Source: Mesotaenium endlicherianum (taxonomy: Eukaryota). From it: DNA of 55,394 nt. A program made the translations under genes and the position numbers. The notes beneath the pieces were generated by a model. It worked only from the letters and a program-made list of their open reading frames with translations. It made no database searches and was not told the DNA's origin. Position 1 is the stretch's first letter, and each line of letters begins with the position of its first letter. Shown here in pieces: positions 37,649 to 50,199 of the stretch. The stretch is from assembly GCA_009602735.1 (NCBI GenBank), contig WELA01001079.1, positions 244,440 through 299,833 on the forward strand, in the 5' to 3' direction.

Positions 37649-38368
37649 TGTAATGAATCAGTATATTGAACGATATAATATTCATTAAAAAACAACACTC
37701 AATTAAGTTCAGCTTGCTGAACTTTAGTTATTATTTAGTTTGCTGGACTTCATGAAAATATCAGTTTAATGACTCAGCCAGAAGCAGCAAGCTGAAGTCA
37801 ACTTCGGTCAGCTTGCTGACACATTCTTTGAGAGCATGCTGACTTCCGTACTCGGTAGCAGCAAATTGCTCAGATATGCATCAAAGTGTGGTATGCTACA
37901 TGAATGGCTAGATGACATCCTTAGGATGGACGGGGATTCGGGATGATGGGAGATGGCAGTGGATTTGGTTAATCGAGGTCCTGCCAGCGTGGTTAACTTC
38001 CGGGTAGGCGGTGCCATTGCACTTGCTGTTGAACAGTAAACTCATTCCATGTACATATGCTAGGTATTGGCTCTCCAGTTCGGCATTTGGAAACGAGGCC
38101 AACTCTCTTGTACAGCTTGTTGAGAGATATCTGAATCCAAGGCGAGAAACCATTGATACGCATTATCTTCTAGCCTCGCTTATGTATGAGTTTACTGATT
38201 GCATTATTGATGCTAGTATACTTGCATTTAAATTTTGAGTATTATCCACTACTAGTGTGTTGTCTTTTGTTGTTTAATCAATATACAATAAAAATCATAA
38301 AGATTACTTGCTGATATAAAGATCTTCATTATTTGTTAATCGCCTATCTGGTAAGTCAATTCATTTCA
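37649..38368 (+). repeat. 3' LTR, gypsy family B copy 1
   Basis: tgtaatgaatcagtatattg...tcatttca. Confidence 0.92.
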
Positions 38369-38373
38369 CAATG

Positions 38374-38797
38374 TCAATGAGTGCATCTATTTAGAAGAAA
38401 GCATTCGTAAAGCTAACTTAATTTAGCACTCTGCTTGAGCCGTATATGATCACGAATGTTTCAGACGCAAACTACTGCTCGCACATTTGCCAACAAATCA
38501 TTTTAACCTAAAAATTATCAAGAAATAATCTCAACGCAGACTCACACGTTTTGGACACCGGTCTAGACGTTCCCATCAGCCCAAGTACCACGCAAGGCTA
38601 ATGACACCTCAAACTATTCACGCGAAATAAATTAAAGCTCTAACTTGCAATACTTGCCTCAATACTAACCAAAAAATCACAACGAAGGTATCTACAAGTT
38701 CACAAGAACATTCTTTGTTCATTTGTTTACTCAAATTAACAATCACATCTACTTAACAAAGATAATGTCCGACCAAAGAAGTCCTACATTTCTAACA
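38374..38797 (-). repeat. 3' LTR of copia B (part)
   Basis: Starts TGTTAGAAATG on - right after PPT agagggaa (38805-38798); homologous to 55200-55328. Confidence 0.75.
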
Positions 38798-38816
38798 TTC
38801 CCTCTGAAACATAAAG

Positions 38817-40203
38817 TTAGGAATCTTGACATGGTAATATTACAAGTCCAAACTTCCTAGCACACCAAACAAATTTTGCCTTGTAGAGAGCCTTCGTCAA
38901 TGAATCAGCCACCTGTAAGTCTGTTTGCACTTGTCCCATAGTCACCACTTTGGCTGCCACCATCTCCTTGCACTTGTGGTACTGGATATCCATGTGTTTA
39001 CTCCTGCTATGTGCCACTAGGTCGTTGCTCAATGCGATGGCCACTGAGCTATGTGATAAGATCACTGGAGGTAGCTGCTGCTTGAAACCAAGTCCACTAA
39101 GCAATTCTCTTATCCATATTGCCTCACGCACTGTATAAGCTGCAGCCATATACTCAGCCTCTCCTGATGATAATGCTATCGAAGGCTGTCTCTTACTCTT
39201 CCAAGTCACCATACCACGTCCCACTGTGAAGACATACCCTGTAGTGGACCTCCAAGTGTCCCTGTCACTAGCCCAATCTCCATCACAATACCCCCCAAAG
39301 AGCGCCACATTGTCCTCTTCTAAGCAGAGCCAAGTGTTGGCAATTCCTTGCAAATACCTCAATACACGCTTAACAACCTCCCAGTGTCTTGGTCCCGGTC
39401 TCTCCATGAATTAACTCACAACTCCAAGTGCATAAGCCACATCAGGACCTGTGCACACCATTAGATACATATTACTTCCCACTACTTGCCTCTATAGAAT
39501 CTCAGCCACCATATCATGGTCCTCTGCAAAGGTGGCACACATGTCATGGGGTGGGAACAAGCTTGCTGTCCTTCTTTCCAAAACGTCTCAACACCTCTCT
39601 GCAAGAAGTAGGTTGTCCTAGGGAGATGGTACGTGCTACTTTGTTCCTTCAAATTTGTATGCCCAGGATGTACTGTGCTTCCCTTAAGTCCTTTATCTCA
39701 AACCTCCGTGATAGCGCATTTTTCACCTCTTGTACCTCACTCATTTGTGGCCCGACATCGAGGAGATCATCTACATACATTACAACAATGACCTTGTTCT
39801 CTCCCTCACCCTTGAAGTGTAGGCTGGTATCAGCATCTGACATGATGAAGGCCTACTCCTTAAGAAAAGTACCCAATGTTCTATTTCACATCGGAGGTGA
39901 TCGCTTTAGCTCATAAATAGCCTTCTTCAACCTGCACACTCTTGTGGGATACTTCTCGTTCACAAAATCCTCAGGCTGCTTCATGTATACCTCCTCATCT
40001 AAGTTCACATACAGAAAAGTCGTGTTCACATCCATCTGATGCACCTCCCAATCGCAAATAATTGCAACTTGTAACACTATTTTGAAAGAAGTCAGCTTAG
40101 CCACAGGTGCAAACGTGACTGTGTAATCCATACCTTCCTTTTGTAACAGCCTCCGAGCCACAAACCGTGCCTTGTGCCTCTCTACCACTCCTTTACCATT
40201 TGT
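38817..40203 (-). pseudogene. pol: Copia B RT and RNase H
   Basis: RHKARFVAR, HQMDVNTTFL, MYVDDLL, GYCDGDWA, SSGEAEYMA, KHMDIQYH. Confidence 0.93.
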
Positions 40204-43200
40204 CTTGACTGCAAGATTACGCAATAAGCGTTTCAGCCGTTGGTGATACGTTCATTTTAACGTATCAAGTCGATACGTACGTATTAAGCATACGTATTTT
40301 GTTTTCGTACATGAGCGCCGCTCAGAACAAATCGGACGTCCGTATTCAGCGGCACCTAACGTTGCAGTCACTCGTTCAAAGTAAATTGTTTGTCCAGCGA
40401 GATTGATCGACAAAAGACCAAAAAGAGACATGATGTTTTTGCCAACCGGGAAGCACAAAAGGAAGTGGCAGCTATATTTGTAGGCCTCTTGACTACCCTT
40501 GGTCTTCCGCTGTTAGGTGCAATTTGGCATCATAGGGTTTCTTTGCAAGCTGTGGTGTGGTGGAGAATAGGACGTATTTGTAGTAATTTACTGTTTTTTT
40601 GTCTTCAACTGCTGGTTCCCAAATTCAAAGGTACATCCCTCTGCCTTATTCTCGACATTGGTTACAGAGTAAGGCTGGATGCGTGCATAATGACCCAAAT
40701 ACTTAGTTTCCAATTACTTAGTTCTAGGTTTTAATATTGCTTGCTGGTTTATTGGTGTGTTTCAAGTCCCGTAAGGTCTCTAGCAGCATGTCATAGTCCA
40801 GTCCAAACCCCAGCATCCATCCTTCTTGAGATGAGCAGATTGCCTTCTTCCCAGCTTACTTCTCCTTGTGTCCTTGATTAGCTGTCATCAGCACGGAGCG
40901 TGCATATATGCGTGCTCCCGCTAGTCTCTGGGTGTTGTGTCAATGCGGGTGGGTGTGGGTGTGGATGCGACTTCCCTCCATAGTTCTTGTTGTGTGTGAG
41001 GATCTGTGGAGTATGGACGGTCTGTGAGCAGTGGTCTTTTTACCAGCTGTCAGCTGGTCATGTGTGTGTGTAGGGGGGAGGCTGTGACAGGCTGCATGGT
41101 TGAGCAATTGCATGACTACTCCTCCTCTGCTTCATTGGTGCACACATAGCAACGGCTGTGAAGGGCTGTGCAGGCTTTTGGCTTTTGGCAACTTCTCCTC
41201 TGGATATTTTGTGCAAGGATCTCTGGAGGTGATCAGGGGGCACTGGCAATATCGGCCCTTCTTTTGGCTGGGGTGCGAGGGGGATTGTCAGGAGCTGTAT
41301 GCGTTTGGAAAATTTGCAGTTGCACCCCCTTCAGATTGGTGTTGCACAGCTATGGAGGGTTGTATCGGAAATGAGGGGGGGCCAAATGGGGCCAGTGCAT
41401 AGGGTGCGGCTTGCCCCTCTTGGCCGGAAGTCGGCTGGGGCTCACAACAGCAGCAATTGCCCACCATTTGTTGTGTGGGTGTGGGGGTGGAAGCGGGCTA
41501 TCCATGAATATGCATAGAGGCTGCAACACAGCCCGCTCCCTACTTGTTTGTTGTGAGTGCGGGCGGTTGTGCTTGGCTGTGGAGGGCAGACCAACAACAA
41601 CAGCCGGCAAGGGTGTCAAGAATAGGTTGCTGGAGAAGCGTAGGGGGGGAGGGAGGTGGAGAGCTGTGTAGGGGCAGGCGGAGGTTAGCAGGTTAGCGGT
41701 ATGGAAAAATGGTAAACTTGGGTAGAATGGGGAAGAATGGGGAACTTGGGTTAGCAACACTAGGCTTGCTGGGTCTGAGATGACTTGCCAGCTTAATTTG
41801 GCGGATGAGATGGCTGCTGGATGACTGTACGTGAGGAGGAGGGGAGGACAATTGAGGAGGGAACGTCATTTGTGTGGGTGTCAGGTTGGCGGGAGGGAGT
41901 CCCTTGAAGCTGGGAGGGAGTTGGTGTGGAAGTGGTCGTAGCGTGGTAGGACTAGCATCGCCATGGGGTGGCCCCGCGAGCTGGCTTGGCCTGCACATGG
42001 GCCTGGCCTGACTAGACCGCAATTGCTTCTTGGGGTGGGGGGGTGCTCTGCGCTGTGCCTGCCTATTTGTCTGCAGGCTGCAGAGAGTTGGCAGAGTGCG
42101 CCCTGAGGGGTGCCAAGACTCTACAGCAAGTTCCACACAGGCAATAAGCCCCCTCCCCCCCTCCTCCCCCCCGGTCCCTTTCCCCTGCCCTGGGGTGCCT
42201 CTAGTTGGTCTTGCACTCAGCCATGGGTGTACGCGCATGGCATTCATACGTGTACTACGCTTAGGCAGTGCGTTCATGCAAGCAAGCCTGCCTCTTGCAG
42301 CTCCCTCTTCCCGCCAGAAATTCTCTTGCAGGCTCGAGCCTCAGAGCCCTTCCCTCAAAAAATGTGGTGAGCGATGGGGCATGGTAGTCCTGATCTGCTG
42401 TGCGCGGGGGGCTGCTTTATGGGGGCTGCCCAGCAACCCTCTACTGAGTGTGCATCTTCAGCAGCTGCGTGTGCGGGCGTGCGGGGACAGGAGGTGGGGA
42501 GAGGGGGGGAGCGGGCGTGTGAAGTGCTTACGAGCGAGAGATTTAGAGACCTAGAGAGCTAGGGAGGGCCAGCCAAAGAGGGCGGGGCAAGGGAGGTGGA
42601 CAGGGAGCAACAGCGAGGGAGTGAGAGGGTGGTGGGAAGGAGGTTGGCTGACTGCTCCAAGCCCAGGTGGCAGGTTGTCATGTTTCTTGTGTCTGATCTG
42701 TTGGCGAGCTGATGCCAGACGCGAGGAGTTTAGAGAGTGCCAGCTGGCGGCCCGTAGTAAGGCCTCATGGCCGAGTCGATGCGCGCACAAGAGCCGGCGG
42801 CTCAGCCTTACACCTGACAACCTCATACAGCTGATGGCCACTTGCCAGCTTGCCTACTAGCAGACAACTTGGAGAGATGAATAGCACAGGGAGGGAGGGA
42901 GGGATGAAGGGGGNNNNNNNNNNNNNNNNNNNNNNNNNNNNNNNNNNNNNNNNNNNNNNNNNNNNNNNNNNNNNNNNNNNNNNNNNNNNNNNNNNNNNNN
43001 NNNNNNNNNNNNNNNNNNNNNNNNNNNNNNNNNNNNNNNNNNNNNNNNNNNNNNNNNNNNNNNNNNNNNNNNNNNNNNNNNNNNNNNNNNNNNNNNNNNN
43101 NNNNNNNNNNNNNNNNNNNNNNNNNNNNNNNNNNNNNNNNNNNNNNNNNNNNNNNNNNNNNNNNNNNNNNNNNNNNNNNNNNNNNNNNNNNNNNNNNNNN

Positions 43201-43688
43201 NNNNNNNNNNNNNNNNNNNNNNNNNNNNNNNNNNNNNNNNNNNNNNNNNNNNNNNNNNNNNNNNNNNNNNNNNNNNNNNNNNNNNNNNNNNNNNNNNNNN
43301 NNNNNNNNNNNNNNNNNNNNNNNNNNNNNNNNNNNNNNNNNNNNNNNNNNNNNNNNNNNNNNNNNNNNNNNNNNNNNNNNNNNNNNNNNNNNNNNNNNNN
43401 NNNNNNNNNNNNNNNNNNNNNNNNNNNNNNNNNNNNNNNNNNNNNNNNNNNNNNNNNNNNNNNNNNNNNNNNNNNNNNNNNNNNNNNNNNNNNNNNNNNN
43501 NNNNNNNNNNNNNNNNNNNNNNNNNNNNNNNNNNNNNNNNNNNNNNNNNNNNNNNNNNNNNNNNNNNNNNNNNNNNNNNNNNNNNNNNNNNNNNNNNNNN
43601 NNNNNNNNNNNNNNNNNNNNNNNNNNNNNNNNNNNNNNNNNNNNNNNNNNNNNNNNNNNNNNNNNNNNNNNNNNNNNNNNNNNNNNNN

Positions 43689-44215
43689 GGGGGGGGGGCG
43701 GTGCAGGCTCAGAAGCAGGCTGCCCCGCACAAATTTGCGTGCATTCACCCGGCAAGCTCTCGCATTTTCAAGTGAGCGCGAGGACTTGCATGCCATGCCT
43801 GGCGTGTGTCTTTGCGCGTTCATTTGCTGCCGGGCCCTGCCTGAATTGTCGTCTAAGGCAAATAAGGGGGGCTTGGGAGGGGGGGCAGGGGGGGGGTGCA
43901 GACTCAGAAGAAGGCTGCCCCGCACGAATGTGCGTGCGTCGATCCTGCGACCTCTCGCGCTTACTGGTGAGCGCAAGGACTGGCACGCCCTGCCTGGCCT
44001 GTGTTTTTGCGTGCTTCTTCGCATCCGCTCATTGCCTGAATTGTTGATTAATGCAAAGAAGGCATTTGGGGGTTTGGGGGGGGGGTGTGGGGGGTGTTTG
44101 GCTGCAGGTCCAAAAGATCATCACGCGCAATTCTGCGTGCATCAGCTTTGCGAGCTCGCGCAGCTGAGTGGTGTGCCTCGTCTGTGAACTTTTGCGCTTT
44201 TTGCACGCCTGCCCT
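43689..44215. repeat. ~195-bp GC-rich tandem repeat with poly-G junctions upstream of the hAT 3 transposase
   Basis: gtgcag(g/a)ctcagaag(c/a)aggctgccccgcac at 43701 and 43896, plus a degenerate third unit at ~44100; adjacent to the gap. Confidence 0.75.
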
Positions 44216-44317
44216 GCATGATTTGTGGATAAATGGAATAAAGGGGTGGTGGCGGGGTCATCTTGCCTTCTCCTTATTCTAACGCCGTTTCACTTGTCTA
44301 TGCAGATTCTTCTCAAC

Positions 44318-46674
44318 ATGTCTCTTCCCTCCACGTCATCCACATCGGCACTTGCTGCAGGGTCATCATCTGCAAGGCTACCTCGTTTGAGCAATGCAAT
44401 AGAGTGGGGCCATGTGTCGGTCAATTGGAGTGGGGCTACTCAAAAGTGGAAATGCAACTACTGCAGTACAGAATTTGGCGGGCGAGTTCCTAGAATTCGC
44501 GGTCATTTTACGGGAGGGAGCAAGGACATTGGTGAGTGTGCAGGGGTACCCACAGAGGTTGTAGCGCTCGTGATTAGGCATCACCTGAACGTGTCGTCCA
44601 TGGGAGAGGGCAAGAGACGTAGTAAGAGTGTCGTAGAGGAAAGACGTAGTCGCTTGCTTGGAAGGCCTTCTGCTGGTAATGGGGCTGGATATACCAGTCC
44701 AATTGCAAGTGCTGGGGGGGTAGGCTATGAGAGAGAGAGAGGACAAACGTCTCCCAATGACATGTTTCAGCGGATGAATGCTGATAAAGTTCATGAGGTA
44801 GTTGCCCACTTTTTTTATAGTACTGGTTCTTCTTTCAATGTGGCTCGCTCCCCGTTGTTTAAGGACATGCTGGTTGCTGTCAGTGAGTACACACAGCAAA
44901 CTCGTGTAGTGTACGCCCCATTGAAAGACAAGCCTCTTGGAAGTACTCTCTTAAATGCGGAGGTCAACAGGCTAGATGCGTGGGAGCAGACTCAGAAGAA
45001 GGGGATGCCCTTTACAGGTTATAGCGTTGTAGCAGATGGCTGAACAGATCCCAGCGATCACCCTCTTCTAAATGTCCTCATAGTCATAGCAGGTGTGGAG
45101 ATATTTGTAGATGCTATCAATACCGAAGGGGAGAGGAAGACGGGAGAGTACATTGGTGAGCAGCTCCTTAATGCTGTGGAGAAAGTAGGGCCTGAGCATG
45201 TTGTACTTCTTTGCACTGACTTTGCAGCCAACATCAAGAAGGGGTGTGAGTTAGTTCAGAAAGAGCACCCGCACATATTCTGGGCACCGTGTGCTGCCCA
45301 CATCCTAGACCAGCAGTTGAAAGATCTAGGCAAGATCCCCGAGCTAGCGGACATCGTTGAGAGATTCAAAATTTTGGTTCACATTGTGACTAACCACCAT
45401 ATGCCTGATGCACTCTATCGTGAGCATGGAGCAAGGCTATTGAGTAAGTCAGAGTTGTTGATACCTGGACCTACCAGATTTGCAAGTAACTTTCTTTGCT
45501 TGCAGAGGCTGATCAGTGTGAGGGATACACTACAAGCCATGGTATCTGATAGTAGGTGGCTTGAGTGGGCAGCAATGGACAATTGTGTGAGTGAGGCAAC
45601 ATGGATTAGGGATTTAATTTGTGACGATCCAGTTTGGGAGAAAATGAAAGTGTGGGTGGATGTGTGTGAGCCGATAGTGGTCCTTCTGCGTTTGGTGGAT
45701 TCCTGAACGCCTTCATTAAGAGCATCGGATGAGTGAGATCCAGAAGCATATTGCCAATTCACCAGGTCTCAAGGCTAGTCACAAGACCCAAGCAAAGAAG
45801 GAAGTGGAGGCACGTTGGGTGCAGCTTCACAGTCCGCTCCATTCTGCAGGCAAGTGTTCATACTTGATGCTTCTTCTTATGTTCTCATGGCATTAACATT
45901 ATATATTTTGTTATTTAAATTTTGGGCAAGCAATTTTGCCGTGCTTGCTTGTTGCTGTCAGGTCTTGCTATAAGGCAATTGCGTGTGTAAGTCTTTGTGC
46001 ATCCTGTTGAGCATTATTGTTTTTGTGGTTGCAGCATACTATCTGGACCCCGAGTTTCTGACATTGGATCATACTAAGATCATGACTTTTGGACCGCCGA
46101 CAGGTGCCTACTCCCAGAGTACATGCAGGTGGTCAAGTGCATCATTGGAGGATCTGTAGCAGAACGTGCTAAGGTGGACCAAGAGTTGGCGCTCTATTGC
46201 CGATGTGGCGACATGTTCGGCGATGATGTTGTGAAGGCCAACAAGACCAAGATGCCAGCTCACATTCGGTGGGAAATATTCGGAAGTGTGTGTCCTAACC
46301 TTCAAAGGGTTGCTATGAAAGTTCTCTCGCAACCTGCTTCTGCTCCTTCGTGTGAGAGAAACTGGCCTGAGTATGGTTTTGTTCATAACCCGCTACAAAA
46401 TAGGCTGCTTGCAACGAGAGCAAGGAAGCTAGTGTATGTGCATTCCATGTTGAGGCTGCAAAAGAAGAGTGTGAAGTTGCTAATTGGAGAAAGCGTTACG
46501 GCAATGTCTTCGGTGGAGGAAGCAGACTTTGTGGAAGCATCTGAAGAGGAGGTAGTACCTTCCCAAGTTAACGTTGAGTTGTCTGAGGAAGAAGAGGAAG
46601 AGGAAGAGGTGGAGGAGCTACCTCTTACTGTGGCAGCTCCGGGTAGAAGAAGATTGAGGTCAATCGAGTATTAA
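44318..46674 (+). pseudogene. hAT transposase with BED zinc finger, the most complete copy; intron 45850-46034
   Basis: WKCNYC...GHFTGG...C, HFFYSTGSSFNVARS, VADG* (TGG to TGA), PCAAHIL, PGPTRF, LHSA/AYYLDPEF, SCERNW and an acidic tail. Confidence 0.93.
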
Positions 46675-47650
46675 TCTTTATATGTAGCTTGCATGTGATT
46701 ATCAAGAAAAAACAAAACAGGAAGAGTCTTGATATATGTTATCATAATATTGAATCCTATTAGCTTGCAAGTTATTTCGACCACCTTATGACAGAACGGC
46801 AAAATAAGTACGGAACATCTTATGACAAAAGTACGATTTGCATGTCATTGATGATTCGTAAGAGTTTTTTTCTTGCAATCATATAAGATTAAATTGTTGA
46901 CACATGAACTTTAATTTGCTATAGCGTGAACCATTATGAAAACAAAGGTAAGATACGTATCGTTGCATATTTACCTGGTTAAGAAGCAATTCATACGTTA
47001 TTGACCATATAGTTAGATTGTAACTTGTGCACTAAAAGTGTCCACACGTACAGATTTCGCGTTTCAAAATGTGGACCCAAAACGCTCTTTCTGTGTAATT
47101 GGAAATCATTTTTCTTATCATAACAACCTATATATATGACTTTGTCTTGGACAAGGAGAGTATTGGAGTTAAATTTGCCAAATAAAATGAATCACAAATA
47201 GGGGATAAAATTTGAAATAATCCAATATGCCATACACTATACATGAACGTAATATGCACTTATTTATTGATAAAACATACACCATCTTGAATGGACATCG
47301 TGATTAGTTACTTTCATTATAGTCTGCATCATTCACATCTTGCTGCTAGCACCGGTGGCTAACTGTGTGAAGGAAAAAAAAAGCTCAAGTATATTTTATC
47401 TTCAAAAAAAGATTTGCCTACGGGAAAAATTTTGTTGCTGCCCGGCTTACTTAGAGAAGTACAATTGTACGGCCACGCGTGCGACCGTTAGGATTTACCG
47501 TTGACGTTCAAACTTAACGTCGTGACATCGACATTAGCACGTATTAAGCGTATCAAGCGTATTGAGGCATTTTTTTACATAACGAATTTAGCGTATTAGT
47601 GTTTATATTGTATATAGCGCACTAACGTATGGCGTAACCCTGCTTGACTG

Positions 47651-49467
47651 TAATCATCCACCTCCCAGAAGTAACCTTGCGCCCTTTAGGTGGCTCCACC
47701 AACTCCCACGTTATGTTTGCATCCAATGACCTCATCTCCTCCACAGAAGCTGCATGCCATTGCTGCTTATCTTTTCTATCCATTGCCTCTTAATAGCTTT
47801 GAGGCCTGTGCACTCCGTGCTCATTTGCAAGCAATAGTTCCAAGCCCCTGCTTCCCATTCCATCTGCGCCAGATTGGCCTGCTCTTCAGAATCGTACTGC
47901 TCTGGTGCCTTACTTTCACGTGATGACCTCCTCAAGTCTCCATCTTGCAGCCTGTGGACTTCACATGCTGATTCTGCACTTAGATTCTTCAGCCCGAAGA
48001 TTGACACGTCACGTTCCTCCACTTCTGTTCTCGTTCCCTCATCATTGCCTGCACCTGTAAGATCCAAAAATTGTTTGGACTTCCGCGGTCTAAGAGGTAC
48101 CTCCTCTTGTACCCGATGATCTTGCATTGGTAGCGCCACCCTCAATACTTCGTTTACAAACTCAACCTTTCTGTCCTTCCAATCCTGATTTGAATCTGGA
48201 ATCTCAAATTCCCTGACGTTGCCTTCTTTCTCCCTGTCACCTTCATCTTGTGCCTCATCTTTGACACTATTTGGTTGTGAATCTAAGAGCTCATCTTCTT
48301 CTGGCCAAAAAGGACTCTCCTCCTTTTGACTTGTAATCACAGTTGCTCCCAACTTCATGAGTATCTCGTTGAAGATGATGTCCTTCCTGGCCAGAACCTC
48401 ATGCGTGCAAGGATCCCATAGCTTATACCCTCGTTTCTCTGTAGCATATCCCACAAATACGATGATCCTGCTCCTCGACTGAAGCTTGTGCCTCTGCTTG
48501 TCTTGCACCTGTACCCTGACTTTTGAGCCAAACATCCTGAGCTCTTGAAGTGAGGGCCTCTTGCCTGCCCACACTTCTTGGGGTGCTTTTCCAATCGGAG
48601 CCAATGTTGGGCTCCCGTTCCTCACATACACCATCATCCTGGCTGCTTCTGCCCATAGTTTAGGATTTACTTCAGCCGAGAAGGTAGAGGTCCTGGCCCC
48701 TTCCATAATAGTTCAATATATGCGTTCTACTACTCTATTTTGTTGTGGTATATATGAGTTTGTTACCTGGTGTTTAATGCCTTGGAAATGAATGAAGTCA
48801 CTCCCCCCACCATCTGTGCGTAATGCTCGGATGGACCTCCCTGTTTGTTTCTCAACCATGGCTTTTATACTCTTTGAATTTTGAAAAAGCCTCATCTTTT
48901 ATATGCATGAAAAGGATATCTGCAAACCTCGACGCATCATCAACAAATGTGATATAATAATGTGCTCCTCCATAGGATTTTTGTTTGGCAGGACCCCACC
49001 CATCTGAATGTACATGATCAAGTAACCAATCTGTCCTAGTTGCTTGTCCTTTTGGAATTGAAGTCTAGCGTACTATTCTATACATCAGGCTCTGCAAAAA
49101 ACCAATATATCTTGTTTCGTGTGCTCTTCCTCCCCCTTAGCACTGGATACTCACGCTTGAAATGCCCCGGCTGTTTACAATGAAAACACAGTCCTCTACC
49201 TGCATCATGGAAATAACCACCTCCAACACCCTGATTTCCTCCCCTGCCTACTCCTTGAGGCTTCCTTTGCCATGTGTGACTCACAAACGCGGAATCATCA
49301 TGATAAGATGAATGTTGCAAATCATATCTCCGACCCATATGCATAATAAACTCAGGTTGCTCACCCCCATACAACACCTTTTCTACTGATCCGAATGTCA
49401 TACTACCACCTGCCTCCGATTACTTAGCATTCTTGAAAATCTCCTCTTGTCGACGATTGAGAGCTAC
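47651..49467 (-). pseudogene. gag-pol: Copia B gag end and integrase (protease region deleted)
   Basis: CFHCKQPGHFKREY, YITFVDD, LRTDGG, PQQNRVVER, LWAEAA, VFVGY...GYKLWD. Confidence 0.9.
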
Positions 49468-50188
49468 TGAAATGAATCGCCTTACCAAATAGGCGATTAA
49501 CAATTAATAAAGATCTTTATATCAGCAAGTAATCTTTATGGTACTTTTCGTTAACTGTTTAAACGGCAAAAGGACAACGCACTAGCAGTGAATAATACTC
49601 GTCAGTCAAATGAGAGTAAACTAGCATCAATAATGCAAATTAGTAAACTCATACATAAGCAAGGTTAGAAGACAATGCGTATCAATGGCTTCTCGCCTTG
49701 GATTCTGATCCTCTCAGAAAGCTGTACAAGAGAGTTGGCCTCGTTTCCGAATGCCAAACTCGAGGGCAATGCCTAACATATGTACATGGAATGAGTTTAC
49801 TGCTCAACGGTCAGTGCGATGGCACCGCCTACCTGGGAGTTAACCACGTTGGTAGGACCTCGGTTAACCAAATCCACCGCCATCTCCCATCATCCCGAAT
49901 AGCCATCCATCGTAGGGATGTCATCTGGCTATTCATCTAGCATATTGCACTTGAATGCATATCAAGGCAGTTCGCTGCTATCGAGTACGGAAGTCAGCTT
50001 GCTGTCAAAGAATGTGTCAGCAAGCTGACTTATATGGACTTTCAGCCTGCTGCTTTTTACTCAGTCATTAAACTGATAATTATGTAAAGTCGAGCAGACT
50101 GACTATTAACTAAAGTTCAGCAGGCTGAACTTACTTACCTATTATATTTAAATGAATATTATATCCCCTAATATACTGATTCATTACA
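49468..50188 (-). repeat. 3' LTR, gypsy family B copy 2
   Basis: TGTAATGAATCAG...ATTCATTTCA on the - strand; homologous to 37649-38368. Confidence 0.93.
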
Positions 50189-50199
50189 ATCTCTCCCGC

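Larger units (their letters stand above)
17916..38368 (+). mobile_element. Ty3/gypsy chromovirus family B, copy 1 (decayed; carries 3' extra ORF; three direct nested insertions)
   Basis: LTRs 17916-18617 and 37649-38368. TSD ctatg/caatg (4/5). PBS tggtatcggagcc 18619-18631. PPT-like ggagggac before 37649. Confidence 0.85.
40212..47642 (+). mobile_element. hAT DNA transposon 3, complete ends, inserted at the start of copia B RT; contains an N gap
   Basis: TIRs caagattacgcaataag / cgtatggcgtaaccctg. Perfect 8-bp TSD cttgactg (40204-40211, 47643-47650). Removal restores copia GRWMITVKTNGKGVVERHKAR. Confidence 0.93.

Noticed and set aside
41058..42860. Captured host gene fragments in the hAT 3 arm
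   Set aside because: The many overlapping ORFs reflect high GC content; none has recognisable motifs.
42765..44187. ORFs of 310-445 aa
   Set aside because: Mostly translated N gap plus GC-rich repeats.
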